Below, in pieces: positions 18,679 through 28,131 of a stretch of 64,000 bases of DNA. Location of the stretch: assembly GCA_003444085.1 (NCBI GenBank), contig DLVL01000009.1:4930-68929 (forward strand), written 5' to 3'. The stretch's first letter is position 1; every line of letters begins with the position of its first letter. The DNA comes from Kosmotogaceae bacterium. GTDB lineage: Bacteria > Thermotogota > Thermotogae > Petrotogales > Kosmotogaceae. The notes under the pieces were generated by a model, which was given only the letters and a program-made list of their open reading frames with translations, did not search any database and was not told where the DNA came from. Both the position numbers and the translations under genes were made by a program.

Positions 18679-20370
18679 TCAGGTGTCTATTACAACTCTG
18701 TTTATTTCTTCGAAAGAAGTTGTCCCTTCAATTACTTTGAAGACACCGTCTTCAAAGAGTGTCCTCATTCCGGTGTTCCTGGCCGCTGTAAGAACTTCCT
18801 GCTCGGAAGACTGACTCCTTATAAGCTCCCTGATTTTGTTGTTCATAATCAGGACTTCATGTATCCCGGTCCGACCTTTGTAACCTGTTCCGGCGCATTC
18901 ATGGCATCCCTGCCCTGGTATATGTTCAAAAAACTCTTCGCGATCAGGAAAAAGCTTCCTGGCTACCTGCAGCCATTTCTCTCGAATTGGAATCCTTGCT
19001 TTGCAGTTAGAACAAAGCTTGCGGACAAGTCGCTGCCCAACAACCCCATCAAGAGAGGTTGCAAGCAAATGGGGGTCTGTCCCCATATTCACCAACCTCG
19101 CCACTGCGCCAGCTGCTGTATTGGTGTGAATCGTGGAAAGCACAAGGTGACCGGTGAGAGATGCCTCAATTGCAAGTTGAGCAGTCTCCCGGTCTCGGAT
19201 CTCTCCTACCATTATGATGTCCGGATCTTGCCTGAGAAAGGAACGCAGGTAGTTCGCAAATGTGAGACCGATTTCGGGATTGATCTGACACTGAGTAACT
19301 CCCTCAATCGTGTACTCAACAGGATCTTCAGCTGTAAGCACATTGACCTTCTCAGATGTGATCTCATTCAGCACTGCCACAAGCGTCGTCGATTTTCCGC
19401 TCCCGGTGGGTCCAGAAAGCAAAACGATGCCGTAAGGGGAGTTAATCAAACCTTCAAAACGTTCACGATTGTACTTGGAGAGACCCAGAGCTTCCAGCTT
19501 CAGCTTTGAGTTAGACACCTTAAGAATCCTCATTACAACTTTCTCACCGTAGACAGTGGGCATTGTCGATACCCTGAAGTCAAACTGCTCTGAGCTTCTT
19601 CGCATGTAGAACTTCCCGTCTTGAGGTAATCGACGCTCAGAGATGTCCAGACCGGAGATAACCTTAATTCGTGAAGCTACGCTGTTATGCGCCTTTCGAG
19701 GGTACTTCAGGACCGGGCGGAGTATCCCGTCCACTCTTATTCGCCCCACAGCGATTTTCTCGTACGGCTCAAGATGAATGTCGCTTGCCTCACTCCTGAT
19801 GGCTGTGTCAATGAGGGAATTTATGAATTTGCCTACAGGAGTATCCTCACCTTCCGCAGCTTCTGCATCATGCTTTTCAATATCGCTATCATCAACCTGA
19901 AAAGTGTGCTCGATGATCTCACTGGAGGTAGTATCTTCATAAAAGGTCTTGTAGACAGTCTGGAGAACGGGGGGAGTGGTTAGCAATGTCACGATCGTGT
20001 GACCGGTCAGAAAAGTCAACTCTCGCTCTATCTGTGGCACTTTCAGAACATCAGTCGTAACAACTCTTAGAGTATCCGACTCCGGTATGTATTCTATAGG
20101 GACGACACCCAAACGGCTCGCAACAGACTTTGGCACCATTCTCAGCAATTCGGATGAAATCATGCTTGGTGTATCTTCAAGAAGCTCAAGGTTATACTGC
20201 TTTGAAAGAGCGTTGTAAATATCCTCCCATGTCATGAGCCCCATACTAACAAGAACTTCGCCGAGGGGTTTGCCGACCTTCTTCTGAATCGAAACCGCCT
20301 GATTCAGCGCCTCGGAGTTGATTAGCCCTCGTTCTTCAAGAAGCTCTCCAAGTCGCTTATATACCTTCAT
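18679..20370 (-). CDS. pilB: type II secretion / type IV pilus assembly ATPase (GspE/PilB family)
   Basis: 563 aa. Walker A GPTGSGKST, Asp/His boxes and the tetracysteine motif CSNC...CHEC are present, with an N-terminal GSPII_E_N-like domain. SD AGGAGGAAG lies inside the ftsZ 3' end. Confidence 0.9.
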   Translation of the reverse strand: MKVYKRLGELLEERGLINSEALNQAVSIQKKVGKPLGEVLVSMGLMTWEDIYNALSKQYNLELLEDTPSMISSELLRMVPKSVASRLGVVPIEYIPESDTLRVVTTDVLKVPQIERELTFLTGHTIVTLLTTPPVLQTVYKTFYEDTTSSEIIEHTFQVDDSDIEKHDAEAAEGEDTPVGKFINSLIDTAIRSEASDIHLEPYEKIAVGRIRVDGILRPVLKYPRKAHNSVASRIKVISGLDISERRLPQDGKFYMRRSSEQFDFRVSTMPTVYGEKVVMRILKVSNSKLKLEALGLSKYNRERFEGLINSPYGIVLLSGPTGSGKSTTLVAVLNEITSEKVNVLTAEDPVEYTIEGVTQCQINPEIGLTFANYLRSFLRQDPDIIMVGEIRDRETAQLAIEASLTGHLVLSTIHTNTAAGAVARLVNMGTDPHLLATSLDGVVGQRLVRKLCSNCKARIPIREKWLQVARKLFPDREEFFEHIPGQGCHECAGTGYKGRTGIHEVLIMNNKIRELIRSQSSEQEVLTAARNTGMRTLFEDGVFKVIEGTTSFEEINRVVIDT

Positions 20371-20373
20371 CTC

Positions 20374-21420
20374 TTATTCTTCCTCCTGACTATCAAGGCC
20401 GAAACGGTAGATGGCTGGGATGTCTGTAGCTTCTCCAAGAAGCTCTCCTTCATCCATTTCCAGCCCGGCTGCTATCAATGTGATGTTCAGGTCGTCTCCG
20501 TCCATCTCTGAATCGACAATGAGACCGAGCTTCACGTCGGCATCTTCGCTACAGTTTTGTCGAACTATTGCGGCTGCCAGGTTCATTTCCCTAAGTGTGA
20601 CATTCTTCGCAGAGACGTTGAGAATTATACCCGTTGCGTTGTCGAGGGGTTTCTCAAGCAATCTGCTTTCCATTGCCTGTCTTGCTGCCATTTCAGCTCT
20701 ATCTTCACCTGATCCCACACCAATTCCGAGCATTGCAGTACCAGCGTTTCTCAGAACAGAGTCAACGTCTGCGAAGTCGAGGTTGATATAGCCTCGCCTT
20801 GTGATCAACTCTGATATCCCCTTGATTCCATGGTGAAGCGTTCCATCAGCTTTGGCAAACGCTTCAACAATTGATGTATTCGGTGGGAGTTCCTGAAGCA
20901 ACTTGTTGTTTGATATTCTGATAAGAGTATCTACAGATTTTCTCAGCCTTCTGAGCCCTTCTTTTGCGACCCTCAAACGCGTATTCCCTTCAAAAAAGAA
21001 TGGTGTAGTCACCACTGCCACGGTAAGGATACCCATGTCACGAGCAACGGAAGCAACTATCGGAGCAGCACCAGTGCCGGTTCCACCACCCATTCCGGCC
21101 GTTATGAAGAGAAGATCGGTATCCTGGAGGCTCTCCCTTATCTCGTCAATGCTTTCTTCAGCAGCATGTTCGCCGACTTCAGGATTCCCGCCAGCTCCAA
21201 GTCCTCTTGTAAGATGACTGCCCAACTGGATTTTGAACTCAGCATTGTTGCTCTCAAGGACCTGTACATCCGTATTTGCCGCAATAAACGTGACCCCGTG
21301 AATCCCGTCAGTGATCATTCTGTTGATCGCGTTTCCGCCCGCGCCACCGACTCCGATCACCTTTATGGTAGGCAATCTCATACTGTTTCTATCCTGTCCG
21401 TAGTCTATCTCAAAGCTCAT
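20374..21420 (-). CDS. ftsZ: cell division GTPase FtsZ
   Basis: GVGGAGGNAINRM and the tubulin signature GGGTGTGAAPIVA are present. Start set to ATG 21420 (SD GGAGGTG 6 nt upstream) rather than the track GTG at 21429. Confidence 0.95.
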   Translation of the reverse strand: MSFEIDYGQDRNSMRLPTIKVIGVGGAGGNAINRMITDGIHGVTFIAANTDVQVLESNNAEFKIQLGSHLTRGLGAGGNPEVGEHAAEESIDEIRESLQDTDLLFITAGMGGGTGTGAAPIVASVARDMGILTVAVVTTPFFFEGNTRLRVAKEGLRRLRKSVDTLIRISNNKLLQELPPNTSIVEAFAKADGTLHHGIKGISELITRRGYINLDFADVDSVLRNAGTAMLGIGVGSGEDRAEMAARQAMESRLLEKPLDNATGIILNVSAKNVTLREMNLAAAIVRQNCSEDADVKLGLIVDSEMDGDDLNITLIAAGLEMDEGELLGEATDIPAIYRFGLDSQEEE

Positions 21421-22705
21421 CCTCAGCACCTCCGAAAAAGAGGGATTTTATGAATGACCCGAAGCCTTTTCGTCGTTTTTCCATTCCCATTGCTTCGGAA
21501 TATTCACCTTCAAGCTCATCGTGCTCTATCAGGTTACCAAGACACGGTCCGAATATCGGGTCATTGACAACGTCATGACCATTCTCGATTCTGGGATTAA
21601 AGCTTGTCTCATACGTTCCGACTCTCACGGGCATCTTCAGAGACTCTACTCCGCTATCGCATAGACCACGGAGCTTAGCCCCGCCCCCTGTGAAAACGAC
21701 ACCTCCGGGGATTCCTTCCTCGCTGTGTTCGGGATTGTTCAGTAAGAACAACTGAACTTCCTTCCTTATCTTGTTCAGGAGTTCTTTCACTCTTGCGTAT
21801 ATTATCGTTGAAAGCTTCTTGACAGTCACACGCTTACGGGTGCGTTCATCAAGGCCAAAGTACTCAACTACGCTTTCTTCAGCTGGCGGGTGCATCGATG
21901 CATGTCCGTAAGTAACCAGTAAACGCTCCGCTTCATCCTGAGAGGTCCCCAGCACAAGCGCAATATCTCTCACAATGTGCCGAATGCCGAGAGGGATCCT
22001 GTCAATATGCACTGGCAGGTTTTCCTTATAGATGACCATTTCAGAAAAACCATGTCCAAGAACCACACAGACTACTCCATGCTGTTTCTCCGTATCTGTC
22101 AGAACCGCATCTGCTCCCGAAATCAATGAAGGGGAAACGATGAAGTCCTCAGTGCCAAAGAGCTCTTCGAAAAGTCTCTTGAAGACTTCTGCAGACTTAC
22201 CCTCGGTTGATACGAAAACCATCTCAACGTTCAGCTTCTTGGCAACCATGTCGACAGGATTGAACACAACTTTTTCATCATCAAGTATGAATTTCCTGAC
22301 GTAGTTCTTGTGCACATTAGTATTGCCGGTCTGAAGCTTCTCCTTCTTGATCCGTGCCATCATTGCGTCCAGTATCTCCTGCCTCACAAGTGTCGGCCTG
22401 TCCTCTGAGATAACCTCTTCGATGCTCTCAGAGAAGACAGAGTAGTCACCATTCGTGAAGCTGATTCTGAAGTCTGCCTCAATCTCTTTCTTCCCCACCT
22501 GACCGGTCAAATCCTCAATTAACTTCTGAATAGAATGCTTCATGGCCACTGCATCTTTGACTTCGCCCTTATCAATTCCTACAGCTTTCACACTTCCATA
22601 CGCCTCGAGCGCTATTTGGTTGGAAGAATCAACACTCACAACCACGCCCTTAAGGGTATTGGTACCTACATCAATAGAGACTAGATAATCTCTCCCCCTC
22701 GGCAT
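21410..22705 (-). CDS. ftsA: cell division protein FtsA
   Basis: 431 aa. Actin-like ATPase motifs (SIDVGTNTLKGVV, VVFTGGGAKLRGL) are present. It lies directly upstream of ftsZ. Confidence 0.92.
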   Translation of the reverse strand: MPRGRDYLVSIDVGTNTLKGVVVSVDSSNQIALEAYGSVKAVGIDKGEVKDAVAMKHSIQKLIEDLTGQVGKKEIEADFRISFTNGDYSVFSESIEEVISEDRPTLVRQEILDAMMARIKKEKLQTGNTNVHKNYVRKFILDDEKVVFNPVDMVAKKLNVEMVFVSTEGKSAEVFKRLFEELFGTEDFIVSPSLISGADAVLTDTEKQHGVVCVVLGHGFSEMVIYKENLPVHIDRIPLGIRHIVRDIALVLGTSQDEAERLLVTYGHASMHPPAEESVVEYFGLDERTRKRVTVKKLSTIIYARVKELLNKIRKEVQLFLLNNPEHSEEGIPGGVVFTGGGAKLRGLCDSGVESLKMPVRVGTYETSFNPRIENGHDVVNDPIFGPCLGNLIEHDELEGEYSEAMGMEKRRKGFGSFIKSLFFGGAEDEL

Positions 22706-22710
22706 CTATT

Positions 22711-23346
22711 TCACCTCACTCTCAAGAGTTTGCCTTCACCCAGAAACAAATATTCTGTCTTATCCATAGCAGTAAGAGACAGATTATACAGTGCGTCAGT
22801 ACTTCTGCTCAGCTTGTCCCAGTCATATACTGTTATCTTAATTCCTCGCTTGAGAAGAAGATAACCGTCAAAGAGGTCCACATGAGCAACTATACTCCAG
22901 ATTCTACCATCAGAAAGGAGCCTTTTTACATGAGCAAGTAACTCAACTTCCTCATTGGCGATAACTCTGAACTCACCCTGCTCGAGTTTGAAATCTACTC
23001 CAGATATCACTGGAACTTCTCTTAGTTCTACCCTCTTGACGAAGTCCGTTATGACCAGGTCATCAGAAACCCAGTAGTGGCTATTCTCAAAGTAAGCAAC
23101 GAATTCTGCACTCTTGACGATGAATCGGTCTCCTCCCACGGGCTCCGTTGTTGCCGGCACAATTATAACAGGACTTCCAGATACACTCATCACACTCGGA
23201 AAACGAACCGTTCTCCTCTGGTCGCTGATGATGCTGACCCGTACATCCACTGGATCAGAGAACAGTGCTTCTGCCGCAAAAGAAAGAACGCACCAGGCAC
23301 ACAAGAGCGATAGGAGGAATAGCGCAAAGTTTGCCCGACGTTCCAT
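22711..23346 (-). CDS. membrane-anchored protein in the FtsQ/DivIB position (function unproven)
   Basis: 211 aa with an N-terminal TM helix (FALFLLSLLCAWCVLSFAA) followed by a beta-rich domain. It ends 5 nt before ftsA. I could not recognise a POTRA signature by eye. Confidence 0.5.
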   Translation of the reverse strand: MERRANFALFLLSLLCAWCVLSFAAEALFSDPVDVRVSIISDQRRTVRFPSVMSVSGSPVIIVPATTEPVGGDRFIVKSAEFVAYFENSHYWVSDDLVITDFVKRVELREVPVISGVDFKLEQGEFRVIANEEVELLAHVKRLLSDGRIWSIVAHVDLFDGYLLLKRGIKITVYDWDKLSRSTDALYNLSLTAMDKTEYLFLGEGKLLRVR

Positions 23347-23348
23347 TG

Positions 23349-25244
23349 CTAGACATCCAGATTGGATATAGACAGAGCGTGCCTTTGAATGAACTCGCGT
23401 CTCTGTCCAACCTCACTACCCATAAGGATACTGAAGATGCTGTCAGCGACTTCGGCATCCTCCATGTCTATTCTCAGTAGTTTTCGCCTTGTCGGATCCA
23501 TCGTGGTTTCCCATAACTGCTCAGGATTCATCTCGCCCAACCCTTTGTACATCTGCATTGAATAGCGTTTGTCGGGGTTCTCTTTTAAGTAACACTGCAA
23601 TTCCTCGTCTGAATAAAGGTATACCTTCTTTTTCCCTGATTCGATTTTGTAAAGCGGTGCCTGAGCTATAAAGACACGGCCTTCGGAAACAAGAGGTGTC
23701 ATATACCTGTAGAAAAGGGTCAGCAACAATGTTCTGATGTGTGCTCCATCAACGTCTGCATCAGTCATTATCACTATCTTTCCATATCTCAGCTTATTCA
23801 GATCACAGTCGTCGCCGACGCCTGTTCCTACTGCCACAATTATGTTATGAATCATCTCGTTCTTGAGAAACTTCTCAAAACCTGCCTTCTCAACGTTGAG
23901 AATCTTTCCTCTCAGAGGCAAGATGGCCTGGAAATTCCTGTCTCGAGCTTCCTTTGATGAACCACCAGCTGAGTCTCCTTCAACGATGAAGAGTTCGGTC
24001 GTCTCCAGATCCTGTGAGATGCAGTCGGCCAGTTTGCCTGGAAGCGCAGTGTTCTCCAACATATTCTTGCGCCTGACCATTTCTCGTGCTCGTTTTGCCG
24101 CAAGTCTTGCTTTTGCAGCATCGACAGCTTTGGTGATAATCGCTTTGGCTTCTTTCTGATTGTAGTCGAAGACTTCTTCGAGTCGCTCCCTTACAACCTT
24201 TATAACAGCCTCGTGCGCTTCTTCGTTTCCCAGTTTTGCCTTTGTCTGTCCTTCAAACTGGGGATCTTTCAGGAAGATGCTCAGAACAGCTGTCAGACCT
24301 TCTCGAACATCTTCTCCCTGAAGATTCTGGTCCTTGTCCTTAAGGATGTTATACTTCCTAGCTGTGTCGTTCATGAGCTTTGTAAGAACTGTCTTCAGAG
24401 CAGTCAGGTGAGTGCCGCCCTCAACGGTTTTTATGTTGTTTGCAAAGCATATGATCTGTTCATCATACGTAGATGTATACTGAAGTGCAAGCTGTACCTT
24501 TATTCCGTTGTGTAACCCTTCAATAAAAAACGGCTGCTTCTGCAAGCTCTTTCGAGAGCGGTTCATGTGCTTTACATACTCAGCTATACCACCTTCAAAG
24601 TGATAAGACCTCGTTTCGCTTATCCGTTTGTCAACGAGCGTGATCGTTGCCTCAGGGTTTAGATACGCAAGCTCACGCAAACGAGAATCAAGTATATCGA
24701 AATCAAAGTCGGTCGATGAAAAGACCTGCGAATCCGGTCGGAAAAATGTCTCCGTTCCATTCTCTTCACTATCGCCAGCTTCTTCAACGGGTGTTACCGC
24801 CTTACCACGTTCATAGACCTGACGGAAAAACTTCCCGTCTCGGTGTACCCGAACCTCACACCACTCCGATAACGCATTTACAACCGAGACACCTACACCA
24901 TGCAGCCCACCGCTGATTTTGTAAGAGTCTTCCGAGAATTTTCCCCCTGCATGAAGTGTGGTCATGACAACTTCAAGGGCACTCGTATTCGTGTCAGGAT
25001 GCATCTCAGTCGGAATGCCCCTGCCGTTATCTTTGACCCTGACTGAATTGTCCTCTCGAATTTCAATAAGAATTTCAGATGCGTAACCTGCCATCACTTC
25101 GTCAATGCTGTTATCCACGACCTCGTAAACGAGATGGTGCAGGCCGGCCTTTCCTGTCGACCCTATATACATTCCCGGTCTCTTCCGGACTGGATCGAGT
25201 CCTTTCAGAATCTTTATGCTTTGAGCATCATATCTGTTCTTCAT
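23349..25244 (-). CDS. gyrB: DNA gyrase subunit B
   Basis: YDAQSIKILKGLDPVRKRPGMYIG, HATPase and Toprim (EGDSAGG) motifs are present. Start set to ATG 25244 (SD GGAGGA 5 nt upstream). Confidence 0.95.
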   Translation of the reverse strand: MKNRYDAQSIKILKGLDPVRKRPGMYIGSTGKAGLHHLVYEVVDNSIDEVMAGYASEILIEIREDNSVRVKDNGRGIPTEMHPDTNTSALEVVMTTLHAGGKFSEDSYKISGGLHGVGVSVVNALSEWCEVRVHRDGKFFRQVYERGKAVTPVEEAGDSEENGTETFFRPDSQVFSSTDFDFDILDSRLRELAYLNPEATITLVDKRISETRSYHFEGGIAEYVKHMNRSRKSLQKQPFFIEGLHNGIKVQLALQYTSTYDEQIICFANNIKTVEGGTHLTALKTVLTKLMNDTARKYNILKDKDQNLQGEDVREGLTAVLSIFLKDPQFEGQTKAKLGNEEAHEAVIKVVRERLEEVFDYNQKEAKAIITKAVDAAKARLAAKRAREMVRRKNMLENTALPGKLADCISQDLETTELFIVEGDSAGGSSKEARDRNFQAILPLRGKILNVEKAGFEKFLKNEMIHNIIVAVGTGVGDDCDLNKLRYGKIVIMTDADVDGAHIRTLLLTLFYRYMTPLVSEGRVFIAQAPLYKIESGKKKVYLYSDEELQCYLKENPDKRYSMQMYKGLGEMNPEQLWETTMDPTRRKLLRIDMEDAEVADSIFSILMGSEVGQRREFIQRHALSISNLDV

Positions 25245-25560
25245 CCGATTCCTCCATATCGTCAAGTCTGCCGATTGTAATCTTCATGTCTTTTACAATG
25301 TTCATTCCGAGTTCTCGGTTCAAGCGCTGTATCAGCGGCCTCTTGTGCAGACCGAGTTCGTGCGCCCAAAGCCCTTCCGTTACTGAGACATACAGGACAC
25401 CCTCGCGGAAGTCGCTGATACAACTACGCCTTGCGATGGTTTCACCAACGAGTGTGTGCCATCTGTAACGCATAGTCAGCACGCGAAGCTTTGCAAAAAA
25501 GCCGTTTCGAGTGCTTAGTGAGTCGAAGACCCCCTTAAACGTGTCGAAATCCTTGTTCAC
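25228..25560 (-). CDS. DUF721 protein (the small gene commonly found next to gyrB/recF)
   Basis: 110 aa, GTG start forming a GTGA overlap with the upstream stop. The pattern W...VG..IA..S....F..G.L.V.V....WA.EL is typical of DUF721. Confidence 0.7.
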   Translation of the reverse strand: MNKDFDTFKGVFDSLSTRNGFFAKLRVLTMRYRWHTLVGETIARRSCISDFREGVLYVSVTEGLWAHELGLHKRPLIQRLNRELGMNIVKDMKITIGRLDDMEESDEEQI

Positions 25561-26417
25561 TGATCAACTCCCGTCCAACATTCTTCGTCGCTCATTATGA
25601 AGCCTTCGAAATTGTCCAGAAGCAGTCTGGTCAAACCATCTGTGAAATCCTCAATCAGTACATGGTCGAGAATTCGCCTTATCGGCACAATTCCTGCACT
25701 GGTATGAGTAAGGAAGGCCTCTTCAGCTGCGAAGAGTTCCCAGCTCTTCACGTTGCGTTCTTCTATTGGAATCTCCATAGATCTTGCAAGCTTGATTACT
25801 ATCTGACGAGTGATTCCCGGTAGAACACCTGACTTAATGTCAGGTGTGATTAGTGCTTCGTCTTTCACAAGAAAGAGGGTCGAAAAGGATCCTTCTGCGA
25901 TATTCCCAAGTTCGTTGAGCATTATCATTTCATAGTTCTCACCAAGAATACGTCTGGTTAAGACATTCCAGGGAAGTCCTGGCGTCTTTATCACAGGATT
26001 TACGATGGCTGCAGATGGTCTGATATGAGGAGAAATCCCTACCCTAACACCGAGCTCATAAATATCTCGGGATATCTCCGGGAGTTCTTGAAATATGAGA
26101 ATAAGAGAGGAAACACCTTCGGTTTCTTCGAACAAGTTGATCCTGATACGCATCTCGCGGCTTTGAATCTTCTCGCGATTCCTATCGATCCCCTCGCTAA
26201 CGAGCTTCACCAATTGAGAATAGCTGACTGAAACGGTCATCCCGAAAAGACCTGCTGAAAGCTTGAGTCGCTGGTAGTGACGTTTCAGCGAAAAAGGTAA
26301 AGAATTGTACGTCCTGAGTACCTCATAGACCACTGCGCTCGTGCTCATGGTCCTCAAAGGTAAGCCGCCTTTCAAGTCGTCAGCGGACAGCCAGCGATCT
26401 GAAATGAAACAGTCCAT
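25557..26417 (-). CDS. class IV (fold type IV) PLP aminotransferase / aminodeoxychorismate lyase-like
   Basis: 286 aa from ATG 26417 (SD GAGGAGG). The N-terminal pattern ISDRWLSADDLKG...VYEVLRTYNSLPF and the later ITPD..SGVLPGITR fit the family. Substrate (BCAT, D-amino acid or ADC lyase) cannot be called by eye. Confidence 0.78.
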   Translation of the reverse strand: MDCFISDRWLSADDLKGGLPLRTMSTSAVVYEVLRTYNSLPFSLKRHYQRLKLSAGLFGMTVSVSYSQLVKLVSEGIDRNREKIQSREMRIRINLFEETEGVSSLILIFQELPEISRDIYELGVRVGISPHIRPSAAIVNPVIKTPGLPWNVLTRRILGENYEMIMLNELGNIAEGSFSTLFLVKDEALITPDIKSGVLPGITRQIVIKLARSMEIPIEERNVKSWELFAAEEAFLTHTSAGIVPIRRILDHVLIEDFTDGLTRLLLDNFEGFIMSDEECWTGVDQ

Positions 26418-27678
26418 ATGATAAAACCTCCTCACTGCAGATCTTCTCAGAGACTACATCAACTAACTCTCCCTCTTCTCCAGAGGAAACAAGATGAGGG
26501 ACATAATACTCATCCCGTCCAGAGGATGCCATGTGAGTTGTTCTCTCGATAAGCACCACTCTTTTCTTTCCAAGACTTTTCTGCAGATAATTACGGGTAC
26601 TCTCCTGTGAGAGACACTCAAGTCTTCTCGCGCGTTCTTTTCTGACCGCTACTGGCACCTGATCTCTTAAGCGCGCTGCCACTGTACCTGGGCGTGGCGA
26701 AAACCTGAAAATGTGAGTTTTGAGGAATCCCACTTCCTTCACCACTTCACACGTTTCGTCGAAGTCAGTTTCTGACTCAGAAGGAAACCCGACGATAACG
26801 TCCGTGGTCAGTGCTATGAGTGGATTAAGCTCTCTCAATGCATCAACTAACGACATGAAAGAATCTCTATCATAACCCCTGTTCATCAGGGACAGAACTC
26901 TGCTGGAACCGCTTTGAAGTGAAAGATGTAAGTGTTGGGCGATTCTCGGGTTCAACGCAATGTAATCTACGAGTTTATGTTCAACAAACGCCGGATGCAA
27001 AGAACTGAGCCTTAGACGCCATTCACCTTTAACAGTGTTGAGTTCCTGTAAGAGCCCTAACAATGACGAATCGCAGTCATTACCGTAGAAACAGATATTC
27101 AGCCCTGTCAAAACGATTTCTTTGAACCCTCTGTCAACGAGATTCTCAAATTCACTCTTCACAACTGAAACAGGCTTGCTCCGAATTGAGTTTCCCCTTG
27201 CCAGTCTGACCCTACAGTAAGTACAGCCGTTGCTGCAACCATCCTGAATAGTCACATAAGCCCGTGTCCTCCCCTCCGGAGCACTCAGCGATAAGGGAAG
27301 CCCTTTTTCTGAGCAGCATGACTCTGTATCGCCATACAGTATCTGTTTGATAACAGAATCTATACTTGTCTTGTACATGCTTTTTATGACTTCGTCGAAG
27401 CCAAGCCTTCGAAGCTCAGATTCAGAAAGCTCTGAATAGCAGCCTGTTACAAAAAACATCGAATCCGGGTTCTTGGCCTTCAAACTTCTATAGCGCTGTC
27501 TCAATTTCCTTTCAGCTTCGGCGGTAACTGTGCACGAATTGAAGAGAAAGATGTCCCCAGCACTTCCATCAATTGTCACATCGAACTCTTTCGACAGGAG
27601 CCTCTGCATATGCGCGCTTTCACACTGGTTCAGTTTGCACCCAAATGTGTGTATTGCAAGGCTTCTCCTCTGTGTCAT
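26380..27678 (-). CDS. mtaB: radical SAM methylthiotransferase, MtaB-like (tRNA t6A37)
   Basis: 432 aa. N-terminal cluster cysteines (TFGCKLNQCES, FNSCTV) and the radical SAM motif CSNGCTYCRV are present. Confidence 0.85.
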   Translation of the reverse strand: MTQRRSLAIHTFGCKLNQCESAHMQRLLSKEFDVTIDGSAGDIFLFNSCTVTAEAERKLRQRYRSLKAKNPDSMFFVTGCYSELSESELRRLGFDEVIKSMYKTSIDSVIKQILYGDTESCCSEKGLPLSLSAPEGRTRAYVTIQDGCSNGCTYCRVRLARGNSIRSKPVSVVKSEFENLVDRGFKEIVLTGLNICFYGNDCDSSLLGLLQELNTVKGEWRLRLSSLHPAFVEHKLVDYIALNPRIAQHLHLSLQSGSSRVLSLMNRGYDRDSFMSLVDALRELNPLIALTTDVIVGFPSESETDFDETCEVVKEVGFLKTHIFRFSPRPGTVAARLRDQVPVAVRKERARRLECLSQESTRNYLQKSLGKKRVVLIERTTHMASSGRDEYYVPHLVSSGEEGELVDVVSEKICSEEVLSYGLFHFRSLAVR

Positions 27679-28127
27679 TCGCTGATTGTCCCGTGAGATG
27701 CCGCGTGTATCAGATGAATTCTTGTGACGATTCCGATAAGTCTGTTCTGTTCATCAACAACAGGAAGAGTCTTCAGACCATTCTTGATCAACAGGTCAGC
27801 GGCGTACATTACGGTATCATCGTCCGCCACAGCAATTGGTGGTTTCTTCATGTAGTCAATCACAGGACGGTTCCGCATCTGTGCCAACCGCTGGACGAAT
27901 TGCTGTGTATCAGGAATGAATGATGCTGACTGTAATAGACTGAAGTAACTTGGCACCGCATTTCTGATGATGTCAGTCTCGCTCATGAACCCAATTACCC
28001 TGTAATACTCGTCGACAACAGGAAGCCCGGCGGTTCTCTTTCGCAAACATATATGAGTGAATGTTTCGATAGTTTCATCTTCGAATACTGCAGAGACGTC
28101 CCTTATCATTGCTTCCCTGACGAGCAT
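27675..28127 (-). CDS. CBS domain pair protein
   Basis: 150 aa with two CBS repeats (MIRDVSAVFEDETI...GLPVVDE and PPIAVADDDTV...LPVVDEQNRLIGIVTRIHL). ATGA overlap with mtaB. Confidence 0.8.
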   Translation of the reverse strand: MLVREAMIRDVSAVFEDETIETFTHICLRKRTAGLPVVDEYYRVIGFMSETDIIRNAVPSYFSLLQSASFIPDTQQFVQRLAQMRNRPVIDYMKKPPIAVADDDTVMYAADLLIKNGLKTLPVVDEQNRLIGIVTRIHLIHAASHGTISE

Positions 28128-28131
28128 CTAC

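Noticed and set aside
18532-19509. 325-aa plus-strand ORF
   Set aside because: It is entirely antisense to the well-supported pilB gene. It has no SD, a Cys/Pro/Arg-rich odd composition and no recognisable family. This is a shadow ORF of a purine-rich coding strand.
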